Of a stretch of DNA of 64,000 nt, positions 1 through 13,194 are shown in pieces; the stretch's first letter is position 1; each line of letters begins with the position of its first letter. The translations under genes were made by a program, and so were the position numbers. This stretch comes from Octopus sinensis (taxonomy: Eukaryota), in contig NC_042998.1 of the NCBI RefSeq assembly GCF_006345805.1, forward strand, positions 168,144,001 to 168,208,000, written 5' to 3'. Under the pieces are notes generated by a model that was given only the letters and a program-made list of their open reading frames with translations, did no database searches and was not told the DNA's origin.

Positions 1-234
1 TGTCGGCCTCTGAGCAGGTATCACCATAACAACTTTCTCTGTCATGGTCAATGCGACGTTCACACGTTACTCCGAAGCACTGCTGTAAACAGCGGAAATG
101 CGTGTTAAAACTTAGTGCACATGCACAACAGAGTTCAAGGTGAATCTGTGCAAGCGGCTTCCTTCTGTGTGCTTTAGCTTTGTCACTATGGCAACGGTCC
201 TGATACTTATTGATCAGACCTTACATATTTGGTA

Positions 235-558
235 ACCCCCTTCGGTCAGACACTGACCATGGGTTTGCACCTAGAGAGTTACCCTCTGAGGCACAAGTCC
301 AGGCAAGGTTGTTTATGGAAGACCAGCAGTCGCCAATGCATACCGACCTCCCCTCTCCACGTCACCGATGCTGTCCAAGGGAAAGGCAAGGGCCGATACA
401 GCTTGGCACCTGTGACGTCGCAACTCATTTCTACAGCTGAGTGAACTGGAGCAACGTGAAATAAAGTGTCTTGCTCAAGAACACAACACGCAGCCCGATC
501 CGGGAATCGAGCTCACAACCTCACGATCGTAAGCTCGACGCTCTAACCACTGAGCCAC
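235..558 (-). mobile_element. tRNA-headed SINE, family C
   Basis: Minus strand begins TGGCTCAGTGGTTAGAGC (A box) ... GAGCTCGATTCCCGG (B-box-like); collinear with the copy at 36513-36847. Confidence 0.85.
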
Positions 559-978
559 GGTATTATTGTATGCATGTAAGATTCCAATATTTGTATACAT
601 GTAAGACCATTTTGCCTAAAAAGTGGATCTACAAATTCAATATCACTACATATCTCACATCTATTTTCTTTCCCCCCACCTCACTCACTATTTTGTATCA
701 TATTTAAATTGACTATTATTTAACTATCCTCTCACACCGTTTCCCATAAAGGGATATAATAAATATCCTGGAAACATCTGTAAGACTTTCTATCTATAAA
801 TGTTCTAAAATCTACTCAGCCTTGGTTTTTTTTTATCTCATTATGGCATATGACCAACGTTGAACCCCTTATTCGCAAACTCACCGAACTGGGAACGTAG
901 CTATGGTCTATCTATAGCACTTATTCAGCAACACCTGACACCTTTAGGTCTCAATGACCATTACCTCGCATAACCTCC

Positions 979-1015
<37 letters not shown>

Positions 1016-1868
1016 ATATATATAATATATATATATATGTATATTATATATATATATAGTAATATATATATATATAATATGTTATATATATATATTATAT
1101 ATATAATACACAAGTTAAAATAATGGTCATTACATATAATTCTCGATATGTATTCAGTTTATCTGGAGCCCATCCACTGATTTACAATAAACAATGGTGA
1201 TGAACCATAACTCTGGACCTACCAAAATAATTTGGAGTTCTTATCTAAACCAGGTAATATTAGCCTGGTGTGCCAACATAGAGCTTATGAAGTATTTTGC
1301 CCGTTGATAATCCCTCACTATTTGTTATATATATATATATATATAATATATATATATATATAATACATATGTGTTTGTATGTGTGTGTGTGTTGGGTGTG
1401 TGTGTGTGTGTGTGTGTGTTGTTCAGCGTACATGTACCGGTTTGAAAACCTGGCTAAACTATATTTTAAAAGATTTTAAAAGATGCACTATTGAATTTTT
1501 CCAGTTTACGAATCTTATTCTTTTTCTCTTGATATTTCCTTACTTCTTGTATCTTTATTTCTCTCTTTCTTGCTTTATTGTGCTTCTGAAACTCTACAAA
1601 CACGGTGACTTTTTAGTTTAAATTCATACATTCGTCTTTGTTTTCTGATGTCAGTCCATACAGTCCGTCGATCCTGTTAGCACCGTCTGACATCTGCTTC
1701 ATAACCATGACCAACAGATGTCCCATATATATATATATATATATATATATAAGCAATTAAGGACAACTACTTAATAAGGAAAACTTAACAAGAAATTGTC
1801 AGGTAGATAGCGTGAAAACCTCATAAGAGAAAAAATTTCGAAAATAATTATTTCCTATTGAACATATT

Positions 1869-2083
1869 AATTTATATATAGAGGGCATTATACATCCATG
1901 CCAGATGGCATTATACATACATGCCACACGCTAAGAGGGACATTTAGTCATTTCTACCAAAAATATTACTAATCCCATTCGGTGGGATTAGTATAATATT
2001 TTTGTTTGAAATGACTAAATGTCCCTCTTAGCGTGCTGGCATGTATGTATAATGCCATCTGGCATGGATTGTAATGCCCTCTA

Positions 2084-2092
<9 letters not shown>
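1869..2092. repeat. ~220-bp imperfect palindrome (fold-back/MITE-like)
   Basis: Arms of about 105 bp (TATAGAGGGCATTATACATCC...AATCCCA and its reverse complement) around a TTCGG loop at 1978-1982. Confidence 0.9.
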
Positions 2093-2132
<40 letters not shown>

Positions 2133-2456
2133 GTTGGTTTAGTAACATCACTATACTAACCTCCTATTTTCTTTTGTTTGCATCTCTTTCACTATTTCTG
2201 CGTTTCTCATTTTTTTCTTTTCCTATCCTATCTCCCTATTTCCTCATTCCACGTTTCATCTCTGAACGTCACGGTTCACTTCTGATTTTCTTTCTGGTCC
2301 ATTGGATTCTTTCTACATTTCCAATTTGCATTTATCACCAGAATCACTTGCCCCACCTTCTTTCTATCCTACTCCGCTACTCTCTCATAAAGTCTTTCCC
2401 ATTTTATTTTCCCATTCTCAATATGTATCCAAGCATGCGTATATATATGTTGTATG

Positions 2457-2497
<41 letters not shown>

Positions 2498-2765
2498 ACA
2501 CACGTAGGGAGCAGGTGTCAGTGCGTAATTGCATGTTCAGTTCCTTACTTCTTTTGTTTGCTTTTGCCATTACGACTAAGGCCATACTGGAGCTGTATGT
2601 ATATTTTATTTATATTGTTATTTTTTTCCCGGTTTCATTCATTTAACTGCGGCCGTGCTAGACTATCAATAACATCATCCTCAGTACTTATTTTGTTTAT
2701 TAACCCCTGGAGAATGGAATACAAGACTCAGCAGAGTAGGTATTGAACACAAATGCTTAACGTAA

Positions 2766-2995
2766 GGCGGCGAGCTGGCAGAAACGTTAGCACGCCGGGC
2801 GAAATGCGTTGCCGTATTTCGTCTGCCGTTACGTTCCGAGTTCAAATTCCGCCGAGGTCAACTTTCCTTTCATCCTTCCGGGGTCGATAAATTAAGTACC
2901 AGGTACGCACTGGGGTCGATGTAATCGACTTAATCCGTTTGTCTGTCCTTGTTTGTCTCCTCTGTGTTTAGCCCCTTGTGGGTAGTAAAGAAATA
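2766..2995 (+). mobile_element. tRNA-headed SINE, family A, full length
   Basis: GGCGGCGAGCTGGCAGAA head, GAGTTCAAATTCC B box; near-identical to the copies at 38176-38410 and 41535-41758. Confidence 0.9.
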
Positions 2996-3301
2996 TATAT
3001 GACCAAATTCCGCAAAATATTTTGCCTTCCCGACTACCGATTCTCATATACGCTGTAAAATTATGTGACATGCTCGCTATTACTAAAAAATTCAAGAAAG
3101 AAACAAAAGTGTTTCTGACCGTCCAGAGTTTTGGTTCTGAGTCAAGAGTAGTTTTGATTCTTTCTTTAACTTCTGTGAAACTATAGATAATGCGTATCTG
3201 AGTCGAAATATTAATTTCAAATTTCAGCGCAAGGCCAGCAAGTTTGAGGAGAGGATAAGTCGATTTCATCGAACTCCAGAACTCAACTGGTATTTATTTT
3301 A

Positions 3302-3408
3302 AGGCGGAGAGCTGGAAAACGTGTAGCACGCCGGCGAAATGCTTAGCGGTATTTCGTCTGCCGTTACATTCTGAGTTCAAATTCCGCCGAGGTCGACTTT
3401 ACCTTTCA
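3302..3408 (+). mobile_element. SINE family A, 5' half
   Basis: Head and B box match family A; truncated into (TA)n. Confidence 0.75.
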
Positions 3409-3490
3409 ATCCTATATATATTATATATATATATATATAATATATATATATATTATATATATATATATATATATACATATATACATATAT

Positions 3491-3601
3491 ACGACGGGCT
3501 TCTTTCAGTTTCCGTCTCTACCAAATCCACTCACAAGGCTTTCGTCGCCCTAGGCTTTAGAAAATACTAGTCCAAGGTGCCATGCAGTGAGACTGAATCC
3601 C
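3491..3601 (-). mobile_element. SINE family B fragment
   Basis: ACGACGGGCTTCTTTCAGTTTCCGTC...CCAAATCCACTCACAAGGCTTT matches family B. Confidence 0.75.
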
Positions 3602-4195
3602 ATAAAAATAAATAATAGTAAAAAGTAAAAGATAAATTCAGCCCTTCGGGTAAATAACTGTACATGAATAGTATTACTCACACAACACTAGAACTCCCAG
3701 AAATGTTCACGCCTCATTTACATCTACCTCCTTCTGCACTTCCGCAACTGTTTTTGTCTTCTATCTTTGGCGATTGAGAAAGAAAGCAAAACCCTTTCGT
3801 TGAACCCCTTTGTTCGTACCCATACTTATATACATATGCGTGCGTGCTTGTGTTTGTGAATGTACATGTATGAGTGCGTGTGAATATGTGTGCGTGTGCG
3901 CGTGTGTGTGTACATGTATACCTACACATGTACGTATATTATATATGCATACGTTCATACATGCATGTAGCATATATAAACATGCACACATATGTATGTA
4001 TGTATGTATGTACGTATGTATGTATGCATATATGTATGTACGTACGTAGTTCGTTTTTAATTGTTTAATTTCTTCCTCTGAGGAAGGAGCAGGTTTCTAA
4101 GATACAATGCTCCATCGTATATATGTTTAAATGTATGTATAACTACACAGGTGCATGAGTATGTGTATATATATAATATATCATATATTATATAT

Positions 4196-4233
<38 letters not shown>

Positions 4234-4626
4234 CAAAGGGAGAGATAAATATTATATATGTACGTATGTCTATAATATACATATGTGTGTGTGTGTGTAC
4301 GTTATATGTATATATACATACAATGTACATATAAGTACTGTTATACAATATGTATATATGCATATCTACGCACATATATAAATATGTATATATATATACA
4401 ATATATATATATAATTATGTGAAAATAGAATGAATAATCTTGTAGTAGATTAATCAACAGTTTAACCGATACCTTAGTAGCAAAATCACAGCAGTTTAAA
4501 CAGCAATGTTGGAGGTACAACCATCTGGCGTTGCAACCGTGCGTTGGTGTGCGATAATTGAAATTAAAAACATTATTGGTGAAATGAAGAATGGAGCTGA
4601 ACGCAGATTGAACAGAAATCGTTTTA

Positions 4627-4715
4627 TTTCATTCTACACGTGTTTCGAAAGGCACAAATACCAAAAATCCGATGAATAATGGGACCATATTGTGTCTTTC
4701 TCTTCAGGAAGAAAA
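4627..4715 (-). ncRNA. Minimal type I hammerhead ribozyme, intact core
   Basis: Minus strand: helix I UUUCUUC / GAAUGAAA; CUGAAGA (4707-4701); helix II GAAAGACACAA / UUGUGCCUUUC (10 of 11 pairs); GAAA (4646-4643); palindromic helix III ACACGUGU; GUA cleavage triplet. Confidence 0.8.
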
Positions 4716-4859
4716 AGGAATCCGTTGGAAGAAACAAAAACAGAACAGAGGCGGAGCAAAAAACAATCGACTGTGCTCCTAGAGCCCATGGCGAAACTGT
4801 TTATCAGTGTTATGTTGAGAACGGTGGCTGCTGAAGAATTCAACGGGTCAGGCATATAT

Positions 4860-4906
<47 letters not shown>

Positions 4907-5480
4907 CGTACTTGATTTGGTTCACACTAGAGCCATACACATACGCACGCACGCACACACAAACATACAGTCTCCAAAACACACACATTCATGCAGTTTG
5001 TTAGATCAGTCAATATTTGTCCGCTATGGTCGTAGTGTTCAAGTTTGATGTAGACTTGCCTTATCTGTAACTATGTGTAGTATCTGCATGTTAGCTTTTA
5101 ACTAACATTTCTTCGGTTGACAGTTAGATAATTATACAAAACCGTAACCCTTCACGTACCTATCTAAAAGGAAAGAAGTATATTTGTGTAAAGCAAAAAA
5201 AACAAAAAAAAGACAAAGATAAAAATGTTATATATACATATACCTGAAATAGAAGTCAGAAAATGTTGACAAACTAACCAAATGCTGGTGCAATCAACAC
5301 GACATCGTTGTTTTTGTTTGCATCAAATTCTCTTATCAAATAGTTGGTGTTTACATACATACATGCAAGCATACACGAATGTATTTTCATACATTTTATA
5401 TGGATATGTTTATATGAATAATCACTTTGTAGGCAGATATATTTCTGTGTGTCTGTACGTGTGCATGTGTGTATGTTTTA

Positions 5481-5630
5481 CTAGTACTGTACCCGGCGCT
5501 TTCCCAGTTGTAAGGTAGCAATAAACGGACCAGAACTGGTCGTCATAAAGCCATAGACTATTATCGCATTTCTTATGAAATGTTATCTAACATGTAAGAA
5601 ATAAAGCTGTTTTTTATATGTATATAGCGA
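5481..5630 (-). mobile_element. Short Helitron-like element
   Basis: Minus strand starts TC(GC)TATATACATATAAAAAAC and ends GCGCCGGGTACAGTACTAG|T; the canonical 5' A flank is absent. Confidence 0.5.
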
Positions 5631-7107
5631 GGTTAACGCGCAGTTTATATTTGTATCTTTTCTTTCGATGCAACAAAAGATAATAGTTGGTTAGAATATA
5701 TTTCTTAAATGAAAGTAAAAGGTCACAGTTAAAACTAAACATGGCGATGGTGACATCTCATAATTTCATTTAAGCAATGTATGTGACATAGCGAATGTAT
5801 AGAACGTACATGTATTTAAAATAACATGAAAACTGTACATGGCGGTGCCCCAGCATGGCCACAGCTCAAGAGCTGAAACTGGAAAACAACAACAAAACAA
5901 CATATTTTTTATAAGATGAAAACAGTGGTGTTCATTCTTGCCTATAGTACACTGGACGATGACCCTCAGCGGCTACTTCTGAAATACTTAGCATATCACA
6001 AGAAGGTAGTATGCATGTTGGTACCTGTCTATGTGGCATAAGGAAGGAGTTCTTTAAATTCGGTTTTTGAAATTTCGAGATGCCGGTGTCGTTGCTTCCA
6101 GTTTCTTTAGCATTTTACTTTCACTTCTTTTGGACAATTTACTTTCACTCTTTTAAACCGTAAGCTGCATGTTAATTTATAGTAGTCTGATATCAAATGC
6201 GCTCAGTATTAATAGCATATTTCGTAATTTAATTGTGTAAATTGTAAATATATTTTTCAAGCATATTCGATAAGGATAGAGGATTAAGTAAATACAAAAA
6301 TTTTTTATTTTTATTTTGTTGAAAATGAAATTGAGCATAATATGTGATCTTTTATTCTTAAAATTAATTCATTCTTAAAATAATCTCTTTTTAAAAAATT
6401 AATAGAAACCAGAGCGTTGGGAGGCAAACTACCCATGGAAATAAAGTAATTGCTTTGGCGTGTGGAAATTAGAAGGCCCAGGAAAAACTTGACGTCCAAA
6501 TATTGAAAGTGTAATTCATGCACAGATGAAAAATATTAACAAATGCAATAAACTCCAACTTACGTTATTAGGTTGTTACTCATCATAGTCTTGGCAAGGC
6601 CCAGAATTGTCATGTCAGCAGCTCAGCTTTAATTTTACCGAAAGGGGCTTAAATAGATTATGAATGATGATGGTAGTGGTGGTAGTGGTAGGGATATCAT
6701 ATTCAAAATTGGCTGTCAACAAAGTAGTTTTTCTCAAGATGCAGTCCACTAACTGTCACTGTTTATTTAAAGTTTATTTATTGCCATTCTAGGAAATAAA
6801 GTCGCTAAAATCGAACGGGCGTAGCTGTTGATATGATAATACTATTAATATAATGCTGGATATAATTGTATCTTTTCTTTCAATGCAACAAGAGAGAATA
6901 GTTGGTTAAAATAGATTTCTTAACTGTTGATCATGTGCGACTGCATAACCGCAGTTCTTTTGAATTTAGAAGCTGTTATTGAAGTATGTCTCAGCAAACC
7001 TCAGGTTCTAATGGAATTCATAATTCTCAAAGATAGCGAACTATTTTTTTCTGATCAACAGGAATGCCAAATGACTCGTAGGTATGACTATTTCTTGGAA
7101 ATTTCTT

Positions 7108-7194
7108 GAAATTTGAACTCAGAACGTAACGGCAGATGAAATTCTGCAAAGCATTTCGTCCGGCGTGCTAACGTTTCTGCCAGCTCACCGCCTT
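7108..7194 (-). mobile_element. SINE family A head
   Basis: Reverse complement of GGCGGTGAGCTGGCAGAAACG...GAGTTCAAATTTC. Confidence 0.8.
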
Positions 7195-7585
7195 AGTCAC
7201 GTATATATTAGTTAATGTTGCAGGTTGAGAAACACCTTCATTACCAGTTCGTCTGCTTCTTTAACTGTTGCACTTAAGGGAGGCGGATCTATGGCGCCAT
7301 AATTACCGAAAAATGTTTTTTCCTTCCACTTGTAACACTCTTTTTTTTTTTTTGCCAGATAACCAGATTGTTAGCTGATCGCCAAAAAGATTAAGTCTCG
7401 TGTTTCTAAACTGAAGATTTAAACTGTAGTCTACAACGATGACAGGTTAGGCAGCACGAATTTCTCGGGCTTTTAAGATCATTGACCCTAGCAGAAGTAA
7501 TCTAACTATACTACCATACTCCCCCCTTCTAAGATCTATCTTACGTAAGTCTTGCAATGTCCTGACCAAAGCTTTCTTGAATCAT

Positions 7586-7990
7586 GAGTGGCTGTATGGT
7601 AAGTAGCTTGCTTACGAACCACATGGTTCCGAGTTCAGTCCCATTGCGTGGCACCTTGGGCAAGTGTCTTCTACTATAACCTCGGGCCGACCAAAGCCTT
7701 GTCAGTGGATTTGGTAGACGGAAACTAAAAAGAAGCCCGTCGTATATATATATATATACATGTATGTGTGTGTATACGTTTGCGTGTCTGTATTTATCTC
7801 CCCAACATCGCTTGACAACCGATGCTGGTGTGTTTACGTCCCCGTAACACAGCGGTTCGGCGAAAGAGATCGATAGAATAAGTACTAGGCTTACAAAGAA
7901 TAAGTCCTTGAAGTTGATTTGCTCGACTAAAGGCGATGCTCTAGCATGGCCACAGTCAAATGACTGTAACAAGTAAAAGAGTAAAAGGGT
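7586..7990 (+). mobile_element. tRNA-headed SINE family B with internal (TA)/(TG) microsatellite
   Basis: GAGTGGCTGTATGGTAAG...GGTTCCGAGTTCAGTCCC head, internal microsatellite, GTAAAAGA-repeat tail. Confidence 0.9.
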
Positions 7991-8057
7991 ATATGAATAT
8001 ACACATACGCACACTCATATATATAGTCTGTGATATATATATATATATATATATATA

Positions 8058-8104
<47 letters not shown>

Positions 8105-8284
8105 ATGTATGTATGTATGTATGTATGAATGTATTATGTTTACAAATCGATGCTTTTCACTAGTCCGCGCTAAAGACCAGTTTAGCTTTCATCCGCATTG
8201 TTTATAATGCCCCAAAAATGTCTTCCTGTCTTATCGGTTAAATACTTGGACACGTTTCAACTGGTCAATGTTTTGCAAATCACT

Positions 8285-8502
8285 CTGGGTCCATATGATC
8301 CTTGTTATTAAAATTTAAGTGCAATAAATCGGTTACACTTCTGCAGTACACAAAATATTTTAACAGTTTTTTAATACAATTCTTATTATATTTAATTCTA
8401 AAAATGCAGTAAGGTTTTTTAAACATCGAATGGCTATGTGATCCAGCAGAGTAAAATAAGAGTCAAAACAGTCCATAGGCAAAAAATGGTTGAGAACCAC
8501 TG
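8285..8502 (+). mobile_element. Truncated hAT-type MITE
   Basis: Ends GGTTGAGAACCACTG (reverse complement of CAGTGGTTCTCAACC); internal similarity to 54712-55385; left TIR not found. Confidence 0.6.
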
Positions 8503-9939
8503 CTCTGAAGTATATATGTGAATCCATAGAGTGCAGAACACTCTTTTGTGGTATTTTCTTCATATTGCCAAAATAACTAAATGTTGTTAGTCATACAAAA
8601 TACATAACAGGATACCAGTCGTGTGAACTAAAACAGCAAGATTTATGAGTCATAACAATGGACAAAGCATAAAAGAGCTGGCAATGAGTGGGGCCTATAA
8701 GACGATTGAATGTGGGCTTTGTCGGTTCGTTGAAAAGCCAAAATTAGGTTCCTAACCATCTGCCGGCTTCCAGGAATTAAATTTTCAAAAGTCAACCTCG
8801 CGTTCCCCCAGATTTCAAAAGGAGAAGCCTCTAGCTCAACTGGTCCCGAACACAGAGTTATTCTGCCTTGTCAACTTTCTCTGGGAAGGCCCTCGAGATG
8901 AGATATGAACCAGGTTCACAAACTGTCACATCGACCAGAAAAGAAAGATTTTGTAAGAACAAAATTTCAATGTTTCTACGTTACCACTTGTGTCTATTAA
9001 CAACCGTTGCTAAGCAAAGATCTGCTAAATCGTCCCAGTTAATGATATATATTTAATTGAGCTCTTAATCTATTTTGTCTATTTATTATCTGGAAAGGTA
9101 GAAAGGTGATAGACATATCGAGAGAAATGCTCCGATTTAGCTTTTCCAGTCGACTTATTTCAAACAAAACAAACATGAATAAATGGATAAACGGATGAAC
9201 GAGTTTATAACGAAGTGTGTGTGTGAGTGTCTATACATATGTATGCGTGTATGCGTGTATGTATGTATGTATGTATGTATGTGTGTATGTATGTGTATGT
9301 GCATGTGCGTGTGTATGTGTGCTTGTATGCGTGTGTCTGTATGTGTGTGTATCTGCGTAAGCGTGTGTAGATGGATAGGTAGATGAACACACATACATAT
9401 ACATGCATACACATGCTTACACGCCCGCACACACTCTTTCACTTTCTCTCTCTCACACAGAAACCCACACATACACACACACACACTCACATACACTCAC
9501 ACACTCTCACAGACACACACACACACACTCTCTCTCCCTCTCCATCTCTCTCTCTCGCACTCTCCCTCTCCATCTCTCTCTCTCTCTTTCACTTATGTTT
9601 AGCTTACAGGCCGCACTTTGTAGGGACTTCCAGGTTAGCTCCTGTGGAGGGCTAACTGGCTTACGGTCCTAAACTTGAGAGAGCAGCAATCATAAAGCAT
9701 TTATTGGTACCTTACCAATATTGTATTACTTTACATTCAGTTTAAATGAAGAACTTGTATGTTCACAAATTTTTGGAGCTCTTTTAAACAATTGAATTTT
9801 CAACTGCTAGCATATAACAAATCTTCATCTAGACCTGATCCCAATCCTGTATGTTCAAGAACCAAATGAAGGCACATTTTCAATCCAGGATCATCCTGAT
9901 TCCAAATACATATAATATGTCTATGTAAAGCAAATGTAA

Positions 9940-10019
9940 AGTGAGATACAAGGTTCCCGGACGGACGGACGGACGGATCGACCGACCGACCGACAGAATT
10001 TCGCGTTCATTATTATAGA
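9940..10019 (-). mobile_element. 5' end of a Helitron/DINE-1-like element with (GTCC)n/(GGTC)n
   Basis: Minus strand TCTATAATAATGAACGCGAAATTCTGTCGGTCGG followed by tetranucleotide repeats. Confidence 0.5.
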
Positions 10020-10318
10020 CTAGCAGTATCGCCCGGCGTTGCTCGGATTTGTAAGGGAAATAACTATATAAGCATTTTAGAGAGTTACTTCCCTTATATA
10101 ATAGCAAAATTAATGCATTAAAAATGGGAAAAAATGATGGTAAATTTTTTTTTAAATTGTAGACTCATCGTAGACGCGCGCTAATACCCAGAAGGGCTCG
10201 ATATGCATCACGACTATAAGATACCCGCTTTTGGGTACACTGCACCGCAAAATGTGGAAGTAGTTAGGAATCTAAATCGTAGGAGACAGACACACAACTT
10301 CACTTTTATATATAAAGA
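10020..10318 (-). mobile_element. Non-autonomous Helitron
   Basis: Minus strand A|TCTTTATATATAAAAG ... GAGCAACGCCGGGCGATACTGCTAG|T: 5' TC, 3' CTAG, A|T target, no TSD. Confidence 0.75.
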
Positions 10319-10464
10319 TGTACATAAGCTCAAATTTTATAAGCTTGCGATAAACGAAAATTCATGAATACTTGATTGTAGCTGTGTAGATGGTTGTTCT
10401 TATAAGTGTATGCCACGTTTTACATGCCTTTCTGTGTGTATTTGTAAGTATATGTATATGAGCC

Positions 10465-10495
<31 letters not shown>

Positions 10496-11164
10496 AAGCA
10501 ACGCTATATTATCCGTTAGACTTGTATGCACCCCCAACTATCTTCGTGCACGTGTATTTATTGTGTGCCTGTGTGTATGTATATGCGTACTTATGTAAAT
10601 GTACATATATATGTGTCTGTGTATATGTGCGTATTTCTGCGTTTGTGTGAGTACCTGTGTATGAGTGCGTGCATATGCGTGTGTGTGTGTGTGTGTGTGT
10701 TGTATGAGTGTGTTTGTGTGTGTGTGCACGTACGCGACGCGCGCATGCAAACACAGAAAGACCGGACGGACAGATTGATAGGTAGAAGGAAGGAAGGAAA
10801 AGAGATCGAATGGGAGGTGACGTTGCAACGAAAACACAAAGCCCTCTCTCCTCTTTTCCTCCTCTTCCCACTTCTATTGTTTTCTGTCCTCCTCTCCCCA
10901 CTCTCTTACCTCGCCATCTAAGCATCTCGACATAACTAACAGACAGTACTTTGTTCAACAGTTTATATTGCAGTCATACGAATAGCTGTGTGTATTATAT
11001 TAACTTTCTATGTTTCACGTCCTACAGGAGGTGGATGTTTCCTTTTTGACCTCTGATCATTTCACGATCCATGAAAGCTGCTTAAACCATCTTTATCTAT
11101 TTCAGAAATTGTTTTCTCACTTTTTATCACGGGCTTTAAATGTATTTTGTGCTGCTGCTGCTAC

Positions 11165-11930
11165 TGCTACTGCTTCTTCTTCTTCTTCTTCTCTTCTCTT
11201 CTTCTTCTTCTTCTTCTTCTTCTTCTTCTCTTTTCTTCTCCTCTCCTCCTCCTCTCCTCCTTCTTCTTTTTCGTTCTCTTTTTCCTCTTCTTCTTCTTCT
11301 TCTTTTTCGTTCTTCTTTTCTTCTTCTCTTCTTCTTTTTCGTTCTTCTTTTTCCTTCTTCTTCTTCTTCTCTCTTCTCCTCCTCCTCCTTCCTCCTCCTC
11401 CTTCTTCTTTTTCTCTTCTTTTTCCTTCTTCTTCTTCTTCTTCTTCTTCTTTTTCGTTCTTCTTTTTCCTTCTTCTTCTTCTTCTTCTTCTTCTCCTCCT
11501 CCTCCTCCTTCTTCTTCTTCTTCTTCTTCTTCTTCTTCTTCTTCTCCTCCTCCTCCTTCTCCCTCCTCCTTCTTCTTCTTCTTCTTCTTCTTCTTCTCTT
11601 CTTCTTCTTCTTCTTCTTCTTCTTCTTCTTCTCCTCTTCTTTTCTTCTTCTTCTTCTTCGTTCTTCTTTTTCGTTCTTCTTTTTCGTTCTTCTTTTTCAT
11701 TCTTCTTTTTCCTTCTTCTTCTTCTTCTTCTTCTTCTTCGTTCTTCTTTTTCGTTCTTCTTTTTCATTCTTCTTTTTCCTTCTTCTTCTTCTTCTTTTTC
11801 TTCTTCTTTTTCCTTCTTCTTTTTCCTTCTTCTTCTTCTTCTTCTTCTTCTTCTTCTTCTTTTTCCTTCTTCTTCTTCTTCTTTTTCGTTCTTCTTCTTT
11901 TTCTTATTTTTCGTTCTTCCTCCTCCTCCT
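11165..11930. repeat. Long degenerate (CTT)n/(CCT)n polypyrimidine tract
   Basis: About 770 bp almost entirely C/T on the plus strand; explains all ORF calls at 11010-12019. Confidence 0.95.
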
Positions 11931-11955
11931 ATACTTACATTGAGTCGATCTATCA

Positions 11956-12165
11956 GAATCGCAAACGCGCTGGACAAAATGGTTTGCGATCTTTTGTCCG
12001 TCTTTACACTCTGAGTTGAAATGTTGCCGAAGTCAACTTTACCCTTTATCCTTTTGGGGTCGATAAAATGAAATACCAGTGAAGTACTAGAGTCAATATA
12101 ATCGACTAGTACCTTCCCCCAAAATTTCAGGCCTTGTGCATATAGTAGAAGGAATCATTATTATT
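11956..12165 (+). mobile_element. SINE family A' (variant tail ending in (ATT)n), degraded
   Basis: Family A body followed by CCCCCAAAATTTCAGGCCTTGTGC...ATCATTATTATT. Confidence 0.75.
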
Positions 12166-12229
12166 ACATTTATATGGTTTCCCAGCATGGCAGCATCTTT
12201 GAGTTGAAGCGCATAAAATAATGAGACAT

Positions 12230-12450
12230 AAAGCAGGCAGAATCGTTACAGTGCCGGACAAAATGCCTATCGGCATTTCGTCCGTGTTTACGTTCTGAAT
12301 TCAAATTCCACTGAGGCCAACTTTTCTTTTCATCATTTCGGGGTCAATTAAAAATAAGCACCAGATGAGCATTGGGTTCGCTGTAATTGACTACCTCCCC
12401 ACCACCAAAAAAAAATATGTCTGTCTTTGAGCCTGTAGTAGAAAGGATTG
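12230..12450 (+). mobile_element. SINE family A', degraded
   Basis: GGCAGAATCGTTA head, TTCAAATTCC B box, A' tail. Confidence 0.7.
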
Positions 12451-13194
12451 TTGTATGTATACACTGAGAGCAACTTCTTAGTCCGTTTGTTTAATTCAGG
12501 TTCTGTCTTACATATACATATACATAAACCCAGGTTTATTCCCCACCTTTTTTCTTTCTTTTTTTTTTTGGAATGGGTAGCCACAACAAGACACACACCA
12601 GGCATTCCATTAATTTCCCAGCTCAAAGAGGCGAGCTGCGTTCTCTGCTCAGGTCAAGGCATAGAACGCAACCCCCAATATCAGCAGCGGGGCCCGATAG
12701 CATATGCCGGTTTACTCACATTGCATGATACTGGTTCCGTACCCCTTTGAGCAACATCAAATTCACTCATCCGTCCACAAACACTCTCCAAGCTTTCCTA
12801 TCATTTATAAACTCTCTTGACTCTCTCACTCCAACACCTCTAACCACCGGAGATTCTGTCATAGTTCATTTAAAAAATATTACTCTCTTTTGCTTTTGTT
12901 TCAAACCTTACTTTGTATATTCCTAGACAGGAGATATTTCGCTCTTATTTACTTTTACATTATCTTATAATAATACTGCAGCTCACCTAAGTACTCATAT
13001 CGTAAATTCTCTTTCAATAATTATCGTCACGTGTTAAATCATCATGTTTAAACTTTTGTACTTCTTCATTGTTGAGGCTTCACTCTTATTCACTACCAAG
13101 TTACAAACAAGTATCCTCTCTAAATATCTTTACCGTTTGCACAAGAGAATTCAGATAGTTTACATTTTTGACATACAATTTGAGGTTGTCCAGA

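Noticed and set aside
560-1300. Possible Penelope RT remnants next to TA tracts
   Set aside because: Only vague peptide resemblance; no diagnostic motif.
2766-2850. tRNA-like heads as tRNA genes
   Set aside because: No cloverleaf or acceptor stem; they continue into SINE bodies.
4075-4120. CUGAGGA followed by a GGAGCA/UGCUCC stem (related sequence at about 19245-19290)
   Set aside because: No GAAA or helix III in this copy; only a half motif.
11010-12019. Long ORFs (177-334 aa) on both strands
   Set aside because: Translations of the (CTT)n tract.
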